Positions 14,516-27,241 of a DNA stretch of 64,000 nt are shown here, in pieces. Source of the stretch: Squalus acanthias (lineage: Eukaryota); contig CM059432.1 in the NCBI GenBank assembly GCA_030390025.1, positions 59,336,001 to 59,400,000 on the forward strand, given 5' to 3'. Position numbers and translations under genes: made by a program. A model generated the notes under the pieces. It was not told where the DNA came from. It saw nothing but the letters and a program-made list of their open reading frames with translations, and did not search any database. Numbering within the stretch: position 1 is the first letter of the stretch; every line of letters starts with the position of its first letter.

Positions 14516-14912
14516 CAGGAAACTTTTGTTTATCCGGCACCCAAATATCCGGAATTCTCGCTTAACCGGCAAAAATCATCCTCCGAAAACTCCTCTCAAA
14601 TAACCGGCAATGTTGCCGAGTCGCAGTCGAGTCTCCGCGAACGCCGAGTACTCCGAAAACTCCTCTCAAATAACTGGCAATGTTGCCAATCCCGAGTCCG
14701 AGTCCGAGTCCGCGAACGCCGATTTAGTCAGTAGGGGTAGTTTTCAAAAGTGCCACTACTCGGCCTCCTGGCGCTGTCGGAAGTATACTGCACACTTCTT
14801 GATTTATTTATTTTTCTTTGTTAAAAATAGCCTCGGTAGATATAACTCTCCGTTATCCGGTACTTTCGATAAACCGGCACCACGCCGGTCCCGGTTAATA
14901 AAGAGTTTCCTG
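14516..14912. mobile_element. pogo/Tigger-like (Tc1/mariner superfamily) MITE
   Basis: TA|CAGGAAACT...AGTTTCCTG|TA, subterminal TWATCCGG/TAACCGG repeats and an internal ~70-bp tandem duplication (14581, 14651). Confidence 0.85.
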
Positions 14913-17201
14913 TATATGGACATCGTTAACAAGGCCAGTATTTATTGCCCATCCCTAGTTGCCCCTGAGAAGGTGCAGTTCGTCTGGTGCAGGTACTCCT
15001 ACAGTGCTGTTCGGTAACGAGTTCAAGGGTTATGACCCAGCAAAGGTGAAGGAAGGGCGATATATGTCCAAGTCACGCTGGTGTATGACATTGGAGGGGA
15101 ATTTGGAGGTGATGGTGTTCCCATGGGCCTGCTGCCCTTGTCCTTCTAGATGGTGGAGGTTGCAGGATTTGGAAGGTGCTGTTGAAGAAGCCTTGGCGTG
15201 TTGCTGCAGTGCATCCTGTAGTTCGTACACACTGCAACCACAGTGCACCGGTGGTGGGGAAGTGGATGTTTAAGGTGGTGGATGGACTGCTGATCAAGTG
15301 GACCGCTTTGTCCTGAATGGTGTCGAGCTTCTTGAGTGTTGTTGGAGCTGCACTCATCCAGGCAAGTGGATAGTATTCCATCACACTCCTTACTTGTGCC
15401 TTGTAGGTGGTGGAGGCTTTAGGAAGTCAGGAGGTGAGCCACTCGCCACAGAATACCTAGCCTCTGACCTGCTCCAGTAGCCACGGCATTTATGCAACTG
15501 GTGCAGTTAAGTTTCTGGTCAATGGTGACCCCCAGGATATTGATGGTAGGGGATTTACTGATGGTAATGCAATTGAATGTCAAGGGGAGGCAGTTAGAAT
15601 CTCTCTTGTTGGAGATGGTCATTGCCTGGCACTTGTGTGGCGCAAATGTTACTTGCCAATTATCAGCCCAAGCCTGAATGTTGTCTAGGTCTTGCCGCAT
15701 GCAGGCATGGACTGCTTCACTATCTGAGGAATTACGAATGGAACTGAACACTGTGTAATCATCAGCAGTCACAATTGTGTCCTCATGATGCAGGGAAGGT
15801 CATTGATGAAGCAGCTGAAGATGGTTGGGCCTAGGACACTGCCCTGAGGAACTCCTGTAGCATGTCCTGGGGCTGAGATGATTGGCCACCAACAACCACA
15901 GCCATCTTCCTTTGTGCTAGGTATGACTCCAGCCACTGAAGAGGGTTCCCTCTGATCACCACTGAATTCAGTTTTACTAGGGCTCCTTGGTACTTGGTCG
16001 AATACTTCCTTGATGTTGAGGGCAGTCACTCTCACCTCACCTCTAGAATTCAGCTCTTTTGTCCATATTTAGACCAAGACTGTAATGAGGTCTGCAGCTA
16101 AGTGGTCCTAACGGAATCCAAACTGAGCATCAGTCAGCTGGTTATTGGTGTGTAAGTGCTGCTTGATAGTACTGATGACTCCTCCTTCCATCACTTTGCT
16201 GATGATTGAGTCGGCTGATAGGATGGTATTTGAGTGGGTTGGATTTGTCCTGCTTTTTATGGACAGGACATAGCTGGGCAATTTTCCACATTGTCGATGA
16301 GATGCCAGTATTGTGGCTGTACTGGAACAGCTTGGCTACAGGCACGGTTAGTTCTGGAGCACAGGTCTTTAGGACTACAGGCAAGATGTTGTCTGGACCC
16401 GTAGCTTTTGCTCAGCCATTTTTTGATATCACGTGGAAATAATTGAATTGGCTGAAGACTGGCATCTGTGATTGTGGGGACCTCAACATCCACTCAGCAC
16501 TTCTGCAAACTCTTCAGCCTTGTCTTTTGTACTTACCTGCTGTCTACGCCATCAGTGAGTATGGGGATATTTGTGGAGCTCCTCCTCCCATGGTTGCTTA
16601 ATTATCCACCACCATTCGCAACTGATTGTGGCAGGACTGCAGAGCTTTGATCTGATCCGTTGGTTGTGGGACCGCTTAGCTCTGTCTCTCACATGCTGCT
16701 TCTACTGCTTAGCATGCACGTAGTCCTGTGTTGTAGCTTCACCAGGTTGGCACCTCATTTTCAGGTTCGCCTGGTGTTGCTCCTGGCATGCTCTTCTACA
16801 CTCCTCACTGAACCAGGGTCTGGCTTAATAGTGATGAAGGAGTGAGAGATGTGAAGGATGTTATTTATATGGACTTCCAGAAGGCATTCAATAAAGTCCC
16901 CCATAAGAGACTGTTAGCTAAAGTTGAAGCTCCTGAAATTGAAGGCAAATTATTGACCTGGTTAGGATATTGGCTGAGCTGCAAGAGACAGAGAGTAGGG
17001 CTAATGGGCAGGAACTCAAACTGACACGATGTGACGAGTGGCATCCCAAGGGCTCTGTGTTAGGGCCTCAATTATTCACCATATTTATTAACAACTTAGA
17101 TAATGGGATAGAGAGCCACAAATCCAAATTTAATCGATGACACAAAGATAGGCGGCATTGTAAGCAGGGTAGGTGGAAGCATAAAATTACAAAGAGATAT
17201 T

Positions 17202-17941
17202 GGCCCAAAAATTTGTGTTGATACGCGAGAGTACGCACTGTGTACTCTCACGTATTCTGTCTCCAATTGCCGGTTTTCTGCATGCACTGCGCATGCGCTG
17301 AAAACTGGCACTTGGTGAATGGAAAAGGGGGCGGTTCCTAGGTGAACCGCGTGCGCGCTACAGGCTGCGCGCATGCAGTGCACTTAGTGGTTTCAACGCG
17401 CAGGTAAGTATGGAAGATTTTACACATTAAAAAAAGGAGTAAGACCCACTTTTAACAAGGTAAGTAGTGAATTAAGTATTATTTTGAATTTTTTTTAACA
17501 GGTATATCTTTTTTTAGAGACTTTAAAGACAGGTAAGTTTATTTTTATAACTTTTTAACAGATTTAAAAAAATTTCAAAAATTTAATTTTTTATTTAAAA
17601 TGGTTAATTTATTTAACTATACTTATTTTATTAATGTGATTTTTTTTTTAAATTTAATTGAGGTTTAGCTGGTCTTTTGGGGGGCTATAGTATTCATAGC
17701 TTTCACAGCACTTATGTGAAAGTTATGAATGGAAGATGGTGTGCTGCCATTGGCTCTAACTGAGTCACGTGATCCCACAGCTCGCACAAATTAACTACGC
17801 CTGTGGGATACGCAAGCCCAGCACAGCAGCTGTCCAGAACATCAAGTTCGTGCGAGCTGGAACTGAAAAAGCCAACGCGCAGTGAGAGATCGCGGGGAAG
17901 CCTTACCCTCGCACGAAGGCTTCCTCACGAATTTTTGGGCC
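17202..17941 (+). mobile_element. Harbinger-type MITE
   Basis: Perfect 11-bp TIR GGCCCAAAAAT and 3-bp TSD ATT. A near-identical inverted copy lies at 29148-29871. Confidence 0.9.
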
Positions 17942-18041
17942 ATTAATAGACTAAGTGAATGAGCAAAACTGTGGCAAATGGATTTCAATATAGGCAAGTG
18001 TGAGGGCAATCACTTGGACCTAAAAAGGATAGATCAGAGTA

Positions 18042-18745
18042 CAGGAAACTCTTTATTAACCGGCACCGACGGGACCGGCGTGGTGCCGGTTAATCAAAAA
18101 GTCCGGATAATGGAGAGTTATATCTCCCAACGTACAAGAGCCCCGTACACACACCTGCATTCGGAGCTCCGTCTCCCCGGGGACCGCCAGCTGACCATCT
18201 GTCGTGTCCGCTGCCTACCCGGGCTGCACATTCCCCTCCCAATCTACATGCTCCGATACAAGGCTACATCCACTCCACCTTCCCGCACTATCCCCATATT
18301 CCTCGAGTTCCTTAGTATCTAAACATCTTTCAATCTCTGTCTGAATATACTCAACGACTGAGCATCCACAGCCCTCTGGGGTAGAGAATTCCAAAGATTC
18401 ACAACCCTTTAAGTGAAGAAATTTCTCCTCATCTCAGTCCTAAATGGCCGACCTGTCTTCTGAGACTGTGACCCCCTAGTTCTAGTCTCCCCAGCCAGGG
18501 GAAACATCCTCCCAGCATCTACCCTGTTAAGCTCCTTAAAAATTTTACATATTTCAATGAGATCACCTCTCATTGTTCTAAACTATGGGGAATAAACTAA
18601 AGGGAATATAGGCCTAGTCTACTCAATCTCTCCTCATTAGGACAATCTGCCCATCCCAGGAATCTGTCCAGTGAATCTTCGTTGCACTCCCTCTAAAGGC
18701 AAGTATATCCTTCCTCAGGTAAGAAGACCAAAACTGTACACAGGT
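18042..18745. mobile_element. Left half of a pogo/Tigger-like MITE fused to a minus-strand CR1 3' fragment
   Basis: TA|CAGGAAACTCTTTATTAACCGGCACC end as in 14516 and 57299. About 18280-18743 matches 12090-12510. No second TIR is visible. Confidence 0.75.
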
Positions 18746-20019
18746 CGTGAAAATGTCATGGACAGGTACAGAAAATAATCAAGGCGGCTATAATACAAGG
18801 GTTCAGAAGTTATGCTACAGCTATACAAAGCCCTAGTTAGACCACACCTGGAGTACTGTGTTCAGTTCTGGGCACCACACCTTAGGAAGGATGTTTTGGT
18901 CTTGGAGGGAGTGCAGGGTAGATTTACCAGAATGATACCTGTACTCCAGGGGGTTAAATTACGAGGAGAGATTACACAAACAAGGGTTGTATCCCCTAGA
19001 ATTTAGAAGGTTACAGGTGATTTTATTTAAGTTTTCAGGATATTAAGGGGAACAGATAGAGAGAAACTATTTCCGCTGGTTGGGGATTCTAGGTCTAGGA
19101 GACATAGCCTAAATGTTAGAGCCAGGCCTTTCAGGAGTAAAGTTAGTAAACACTTCTAGATGCAAAGGGTGGTAAAAGTTTGGAACTCTCCTCCGCAAAC
19201 GGCAGTTGATGCTAGATCAATTGTTAATTTTAAATCTGAGATTGATAGATTAGTGTTAACCAAAGGGATATGGGGCAAAGGCGGATATATAGAGTTAGGT
19301 CACAGATCAACTATGATCTCATTGAATGGTGAACAAGCTCGAGGGGCTAAATGGCCTATTTCTGTTCCTATGTTCCTAAGGATGAGGTTACAGATTGTGG
19401 TAGAATACAATTCTGTTGATTACCCACAGCATCTCATGGATGCGTAGCTTTGATGCCCTGGTAATGAACAGGAGGTTTCCTTGCCCATATTTGACCTGAA
19501 GCCGTGAGATTTCATGGGGTCCAGAGTCAATTATTTAGGACTCCCATCTGACTTCTGGTGGGTCTGTCCTGCTGGTGGTACAGAACATACCCAGGGATGT
19601 TGATGGAGGAGTCTGCGACATTGGCTGAAAGATATGATTCTGTGAGTATGACTATGTCAGGCTGTTGTTTGACTAGTCTGTGGAACAGCTCTCCCAATTT
19701 TGGCACCAGTCCCCAGACGTTAATGAGGAGAACTTTGTAGGGTTAACGGGGCCGGGTGTGCCTTTGTCGTATCCAAATCCGATGGTTTTATTCTTCTTAT
19801 CCTTTTTTGCTGCGGTTTCATACAACTGAGTGGCTTGCTTGGCCATTTCAGAGGGTAGTTAAGAGACAACCACATTGGTGTGGGACTTAGAGTCACATAT
19901 AGACCAAACCGGGTAAGGACAACAGGTTTCCTTCCCTAAAGGACATGAATGAACGTGTTGGACGATTACAACAATCTGACAGCTTTACAGCCACAAGCTT
20001 TTTATTCCAGACATATTTA

Positions 20020-21770
20020 GGCCCAGAAATTAGAGATCGCTAAACACCTGCCGGTGCCACCACGGGCTGGAATTAACGACCGCCAAAAATAAACCCGCTG
20101 GCAGGACCGTGATATTGGCGCAGGTTGCCAATTAACATTAGCCCAGCGCTAAATGTACGGTGCAAGGACGTTTTCGTGGCAGTAGTCCCAGCAGGAGGCC
20201 GAATGTAGTGTGGCTGTAGCATCATTGCAGCAAGAACAACCTTCTCTTAAAGCAAGGCTGTCATTTTAGAGAGCAGTGCAATCCCTTAAAGGCCTTCTAA
20301 AATGGAAAAAAAAAAATTAAAAAGGCGGTTTTTAGCACTTACAGATCAACTGCCTTTTACTGTTCAACTGCCTTCTGAAAAAAAACATTAACAAGAATTC
20401 CCAAATGGCAGTCTTCAGCTCTTAATTGCCTTCCGCACCCAAGAAGAAATGGGAAAAGTGTTTCAGTACTAAAACAAATGGCTCAACAAACCAGGGAGGA
20501 AGCACTCAGGGTCTCGGACGCAGCACTCCAGCTCTGTGCAGGGGGTCAACACTGCAAGAGAGGTCCTCTACCCACAGGGGCCAGGAGACCCTCCAGAAAG
20601 AACGATGTGGGACCACATCACCGAGGCCGCTACTGTCAGCAGTGTCGCCCCCATGACCTGGCTCCAGTGCCCAAAGAAGCTTCATGACCTCAGACCACTG
20701 GTCAAGGTCAGTGAATGCATCTTCCAAAGCCATCTCCTATCAACTGCACCACTAGCCTCACACACTGCTCAATGCATGACTCCCCACCACCAATCACTCA
20801 CCTACCAACAATCTCTGCCAATCACGAAGCACATCTCCCATTCCTAGCTTCACCTCACCCCCTTCGAGGAGATGGTTCACGCCATACTTGGCAGGGGCAT
20901 GGCTGAGCCCTTGGCCAGCGGTGAGGCAGAAAGGATACAAGAAGCTTGTTTCCTCATACGTTATCCTACTTCTGGCATGCACCTCTTGCTTTCCCGCCCT
21001 CCCCTCACCACTACTCCACCCTTGTGCCTTCCTCATTTCACACACCCAAGAAATGCAGCTTGCCCAGTCAGTAGTTGAACAAGAAGAGGGAGAGGAGAAT
21101 GAAGAAGAAGAAATACAGTCACTCGATTTCACACTCCCAGCCACCAGCTCCTCAAGATTGACCAGCAAGGCCATTTGCAGTGCCCCCCACTGAAAGTCAG
21201 CAGCCTTTCATCAGCCATGCTGCAGCCACTGCTGGACATCAATAGGATAGGCAAAGGCTCACACAAGAAAGTCACTAAGGGAATGCATAAGGGTGATGCA
21301 TTGATTTCTTGATGTCATATTGGATGGATAGATGTATAATGTTGGATTGGAAAGTTTGCTTTGTGGTGGCTTTTATTTCAGCATTGTAGCCAAGAGGACA
21401 CTGTGATGGTCAGCAACAGAGGGAAGGTAAGGTGCGGGACAAATGTTGAAAGGGGAATTGGGGTTGTGGTCACTGCTACCGCAGGCAGATGATTCCATCC
21501 CGGTTATCCCGGCAAAAAAGGTACTGTCTGGGTTACATCATTCCTTCTGCTTTCCTCTGCGAGCAGATTATGTAAATCTGAAATAAAAGCATAAAATGCT
21601 GGAAATACTCATCAGGTCAGGCAGCATCTCAGCCTGAGATGTGAACTCTGTTTCTGTCTCCATGGATTCTGCCCGACCTGCTGAGTATTTCCAGCATTTT
21701 CTGTCTTCTCAGAGGCTTTTCTTCACCATCCGAGGCTTGGCAAGCATCCAGCAGCACTCCCTGCACACTT
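20020..21770 (+). mobile_element. Harbinger remnant with a decayed Myb/SANT-like gene; contains a short Penelope B palindrome at ~21575-21707
   Basis: Terminus GGCCCAGAAATT and translation REVLYP...WDHITEA..VSSVAPMTWLQCPKKLHDL. The right boundary is uncertain. Confidence 0.65.
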
Positions 21771-23782
21771 ACATAAGAACATAAGAAATAGGAGCAGGAA
21801 TAGGCCACTTGGCCCCTCGAGCCTGCTCCGCCATTCAATAAGATCATGGCTGATCTTGGGCTCAAAGCCACTTCCCCGCCCGCTCCCCATAACCCTTCAC
21901 TCCCTTATCTTGCAAAAATGTGTCTATCTCCACCTTAAATGTATTTAATGACCCAACTTCCACAGCTCTCTGGGACAGACAATTCCACAGATTTACGACC
22001 CTCAGAAGAAATTCCTCCTCATCTCAGTTCTAAAAGGGCGACCCTTTATTCTAAAACTGTGCCCGAGTTCTAGATTTCCCCACGAGGGGAAACATCCTCT
22101 CTGCATCTACCTTGTCGAGCCCCCTCAGAATCTTATTTGTTTCAATAAGATCACCTCTCATTCTTCTAAATTCCAAAGAGTATAAGCCCAGCCTGCTCAA
22201 CTTTTCCTCATAAGTCAACCCCCTCATCTCTGGAATTAACCTAGTGAATCGTCTCTGAACTGCCTCCAATGCAAGTATATCCTTCCTTAAATAAGGAGAC
22301 CAAAACTGTACGCAGTGCTCAAGGTGTGGTCTCACCAATACCCTGTACAGTTGCAGCAGGACTTCCCTGTTTTTATACTCCAACCCCCTTGAAATAAAGG
22401 GCCAACATTCCATTTGCTTTTTTGATTACTTGCTGTACCTGCATGCTAACTTTTTGTGTTTCATGCACAAAGGACCCCCAGGTCCCTCTGAACTGTAGCA
22501 TTTTGTAATCTCTCTCCATTTAAATAATAATTTGCTTTTTTATTTTTCCTGCCAAAGTGGATAACCTCGCACTTTCCCACATGAAACTCCATCTGCCAAA
22601 TGTTTGCCCACTCACTTAGCCTGTCTATATCCCTTTGCAGATTCTTTGAGTCCTCTGCACAACTTGCTTTCCCACCCATCTTTGTATCATCCGCAAACTT
22701 GGCTACATTACACTCGGTCCCTTCATCCAAGTTATTAATGTAGATTGTAAATAGTTGAGGCCCCAGCACCGATCCCTATGGCACCCCACTAGTTACCGTT
22801 TGCCAACCGGAAAATGACCCATTTATCCCGACTCTCTGCTTTCTGTTAGTTAGCCAATTCTCTATCTATGAGAATATATTACCCCCAATTCTGTGAGCTC
22901 TTATCTTATGCAGTAACCTTTTATGTGGCACCTTATCAAATGCCTTCTGGAAATCCAAATACACCACATCTACTGGTTCACCTTTGTCCACCCTGCTCGT
23001 TACATCCTCAAAGAACTCCAGCAAGTTTGTTAAACATGATTTCCCTTTCATAAAACCATGCTGACTATGCTTGACTGCATTATGATTTTCCAAATGCCCT
23101 GCTACTGCTTCCTTAATGAAGGACTCCAGCATTTTCCCAATGACAGATGTTAGGCTAACTGGTCTATAGTTTCCTGCTTTCTGTCTCCCTCCTTTCTTAA
23201 ATAGGGGTGTTACATTTGCGGTTTTCCAATCCGCTGGGACCTCTCCAGAATCCAGGGAATTTTGGTATATTGCAACCAATGCATCCGCCATCTCTGCAGC
23301 CACTTCTTTTAAGACCCTGGGATGCAGGCCATCTGGTCCAGGGGACTTGTCGGGCTGGATTTTCATTGACCCGTGGAAGCGGGTTTGGAGGCGTGTGGGG
23401 GGTTAAAATTGCAAAAACTGGCGGGCGGGCACAAGTCCCCCTCCATCCCGCCTCCACGCAATTTTCATTAAATCGTGTCTGCTGGTCCCGACTCCGTCCC
23501 ACCTTTAAGAGACGGGATAGGCTGTTAAGGCCCTTAAAAAGCACTAAATTGCCTCTATAATGCCATTTTGAAAGGCCTTCGTGATTTTAACCCTTGTTCT
23601 ACGTGAAGCACGCCTGTTCTGAACCACGAATGTGAAACCTGGCGGTAACACATTTCGAAAGCTGACTATCTGCTGCAGGCAGGTCCACTATTACAATGGA
23701 GAAGTAGTAGGAAAACTATCTGGGAGCAGACCTAGGGCTGCTGCTGCCCATTTTGCCTTCAGGTCCTCTCTCACAGCAAAGG

Positions 23783-23823
<41 letters not shown>

Positions 23824-24371
23824 GCAAAGGCCAGGCAGTCTCTGAAGACCTTCAATGCAGCAGCAATGATGACATCATCAGAGGCGACTTTCAGACTGAA
23901 AACACTAATTGGTTCATGGGTTCCCACATGCTGGAACTCAATTGCCCAATTAGGTGAAAATTGCATCAATCTCCCACATCCAATTGCAGTCGGGTGGAGA
24001 ACACGACCCCAACCCGCCCCAGTATCAAAATCCAGCCCGTCGTCTTTTAGTCCCATTATTTTACCAAGTACTATTTCCCTAGTGATTGTCTTTAGTTCCC
24101 CCCTCCCTGTGGCCCCTTGATTATCCATTTTTGGGGTGTTGTTAGTGTCTTCTACCATGAAGACAGATACAAAATATTTGTTTAGAGTCTCTGCCATTTC
24201 CCCGTTCCCTATTATTAATTCCCCAGTCTCATCCTCTAAGGGACCAACATTTACTTTAACTACCCTCTTCCTTTTTATATACCTGTAGAAGCTCTTATTA
24301 TCTGTTTTAATGTTTCTTGCCAGCTTACTCTCATAATTTATCTTCTCTCTCTTTATTATTTTTTTAGTCAC
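21771..24371 (-). mobile_element. 5'-truncated CR1 LINE split by a MITE
   Basis: ACATAAGAACATAAG tail. ORFs 22051-23366 include KSPGPDGLHPRVLKE, YRPVSLTSV, YLDFQKAFDKVPH and KFADDTK. Confidence 0.95.
23352..24038. mobile_element. Harbinger-type MITE inserted in CR1
   Basis: 15-bp TIR GGGCTGGATTTTCAT / ATCAAAATCCAGCCC (1 mismatch), 3-bp TSD GTC and an internal (CT)n tract. Confidence 0.88.
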
Positions 24372-24899
24372 TTAAAAATCTTTTAACATGTATTGCACCA
24401 AGCCACTACCTTATTAAAATATTAAAAATATAAAAAACCCTTTAACAAGTGCTGACAGCATCTCTGTGAATATGCTGCACGCTCGCTTTTCAGAGCAAGC
24501 TAAACTCTGCGCAAAGGTCCACTTTCGCAGAGCGTGACATTAAGTGAGCATTGCTCGCCGACTGATGTCACGCTCTCCATATTTGCATCTCCAGGGCCAG
24601 CGCTGCTATCAGCAGTGCTAAGGCCCTCGCCAAAATGTCAGCCGCCAAGTCCCACGCCAGAGGTGGGCGTTAGAGCGGCAGCCGCCTTTTTTTCCAGGAT
24701 TGCGGTGGTAACTCGTGGCAGTAAGTAGCTGAATTTTTCCCCCTTAGTGTTTTTTCTAAACTGCATTCAATTTCATGAAGTGCCATGGTTGAATTTGAAC
24801 TTGCATCTCTAAACTGTTAGTCCAAGCCTCTGAATTACCAGTCCAGTAACATAACAATAACCCGAGTTATTGATGGCTTTTTTTCTCAATCATCTTTGC

Positions 24900-25290
24900 C
24901 ACTGTTTTTTTCCCCTTTCCCTCATTTCCTGAAGGCACTGAGAGCTTGCTGAGGTCGAGTACCACAGACTCCCTCTGGTACCTCATCCAAATGGTCATTA
25001 CTTTACATGAGTGTTGGCAATGAGTGTTGGTAGGCTAAATAACTGCAGGGGGCATCACAGCAGACCCCAATCCTGTACAAACCATGTGCACTTCCAGTGG
25101 CTGGTGGATAGTAATGAGTAGGAACTCGATGGGTTTTTACCCCTCTCTAATCCAGAGATGCTGCTGTCCCACTGCTACCCCAGGCAAGTTCACATAAGTC
25201 AGTACAGACCATGGATCGAACCTGGGCTATTCCTCACTTAAATAACTCAGCTACTTACCAATAAAATGGTTGAGGTATGAGGGGAGCAAC
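24900..25290 (-). mobile_element. Old tRNA-derived SINE (AmnSINE2-like), second copy
   Basis: B-box-like GGTTCGATCC on the minus strand (~25213-25222); colinear with 1290-1710. Confidence 0.5.
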
Positions 25291-25800
25291 TGACGGTTTG
25301 CAAAGGTTTAAACTGAAAAATAAAGACATGCAGACCTAGAAATTAGACTCTTTGTACCCGTTTTATGGGATTAAATCGGGTGCAACGAGGGCCAATTTCA
25401 GGGGTCAATGTGCTGCACCCCAGGGACTCCTGAAAGACATCCAAACGGATATTGGGTCATATATAGCAGACTGTATTGGTCTCCTCTACATTGGGGAGAC
25501 CAAACGCAGATTGGATGATCGCTTTGCTGAGCACCTCCGTTCAGTCCGCAAGCATGACCCTGAGCTGCTGCTCACTTGCCATTTTAATTCTCTGTCCCAC
25601 TCTCACTCTGACCTCGGCATCCTGCACTGTTCCAATAAAACGCAACAGAAGCTCGAGGAACAGAACCTCATCTTTCGAATAGTCCCTTTACAGCCTCAAG
25701 ATTGAGTTCAACAATTTCAGATCATAACCACTACTCCCATATTTTCGGACAGCAGGAGTTGGTAAGGATTCTGCTCTTACCATTTACAGCTCCTCTAGAC

Positions 25801-27241
25801 TAGGGTGACCATATTTTCTAAGCCATATCCAGGGACACACAGGGTGGGAGCACAGCAAAGTAGCCAGGTCGGAAAATATAGGTTGTGCAGCGTAGCGGGG
25901 ATATTTTTTTTTAGCAGACTATATTTTAACAGTTGCACATATACACTAACAATGCAAAACAAATGTGCATATAATTACCAAAGATGTGATATCACACTAT
26001 TGCAGCACATGCAGATACCTGCCCCCCCCAATGACAGGTCACACATGACCCCGACCCCTCCCCCAGTGACTGAGATCACACCTGAACCCGCCCCCCCCCC
26101 CAACAGTGACTGAGATCATACCTGAACCCCTCCCCCAACAGTGACTGAGATCACACCTAAACCCCCCCCAGTGACTGAGATCACACCTGAACCCCCCACA
26201 ACAGTGACTGAGATCACACCGGAACCCCTCCCCCAACAGTGACTGAGATCACACCTGAACCCCCCCCCCCCAAACAGTGACTGAGATCACACCTAAACCC
26301 CCCCCCAACAGTGACTGAGATCACACCTGAACCCCTCCCCCAACAGTGACTGAGATCACACCTAAACCCCCCCAACAGTGACTGAGATCACACCTGAACC
26401 CCTCCCCCCACAGTGACTGAGATCACACCTAAACCCCCCCAACAGTGACTGAGATCACACCTGAACCCCTCCCCCCAACAGTGACTGAGATCACACCTGA
26501 ACCCCTCCCCCAACAGTGACTGAGATCACACCTGAACCCCCCCAACAGTGACTGAGATCACACCTGAACCCCCCCAACAGTGACACAGATCACACCTGAA
26601 CCCCTCCCCCCAACAGTGACTGAGATCACACCTGAACCCCTCCCAACAGTGACTGAGATCACACCTGAACCCCCCCGCTCCCCCAACAGTGACTGAGATC
26701 ACACCTGAGCCCCTCCCCCCAACAGTGACTGAGATCACACCTGAAACCCCCCAGTGACTGAGATCACACCTGACCCTCTCACCCTCCCAGTGACTGTGTG
26801 TGGGGAGTCGCAGTCAGGTGTGACCTCAGTGTCTAGGATTAGCCTGCCCACCCCCCCTTTCCCCTGGTGACTGTGACCTCCTCCGCGGCCTCTCCCTCAT
26901 CCGCTCCGGTTGCCGTGCTGCCAGGCACTTCTGGCGTTGACAATCCAGCAGCACAAGCCTGGCCGAAATACTTGAAACTCAGAAACAACAACTGGCACAT
27001 GCGCGGAGAGACCGCCCAATCACGCATGCTCAGTGAGTCACTCTGGCCACTGTACAAGTTGTTGTTTAATTTAGCCTTAGAGCCACAAACCGACAGCTCG
27101 AGGGTTACACTCACTGTCGAGGGGTACACTTCGGGGACGAGTTTCCTGAACTGGGGTCTCTTCCAGGGACATTGTTTGCCCGGGGACACAGTACCTCATC
27201 CGGGGACTGTCTCCGGAAAACGGGGACGTACGGTCACCCTA
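25801..27241 (+). mobile_element. Non-autonomous hAT element (Blackjack-like ends)
   Basis: TIR TAGGGTGACC / GGTCACCCTA, perfect 8-bp TSD CTCTAGAC (25793-25800, 27242-27249) and subterminal GGGACA repeats. Confidence 0.92.
26060..26795. repeat. Minisatellite of about 20 units of ~30-40 bp (CAGTGACTGAGATCACACCTGAA plus a variable C tract)
   Basis: Read directly from the sequence; lies inside the hAT element. Confidence 0.95.

Larger units (their letters stand above)
16855..19380 (+). mobile_element. CR1 LINE 3' portion nested in the second LINE, itself carrying nested insertions
   Basis: DVIYMDFQKAFNKVPHKRLL and LYKALVRPHLEYCVQFWAP frames, with a TGTTCCTATGTTCCT tail. Possible duplication AAGGATG at both ends. 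Confidence 0.85.
14915..19990 (-). mobile_element. Second non-LTR LINE family (CR1/L2 group), decayed and interrupted at ~16855-19380
   Basis: Frames GVPQGSVLGPTIFSCFINDLP, ADDYTVF...QDLDNIQAWADNWQVTF and LKTCAPEL..P.AKLFQYS. Its 3' end matches 60620-61345. The assignment of 19380-19990 to this element is inferred. Confidence 0.8.

Noticed and set aside
23691..24371. 226-aa ORF
   Set aside because: Chimeric read-through from CR1 ORF2 into an inserted MITE and its microsatellite.
26060..26795. CRISPR-like repeat-spacer look
   Set aside because: The 'spacers' are just variable C tracts, there are no cas genes, the context is eukaryotic and the array sits inside a hAT element.
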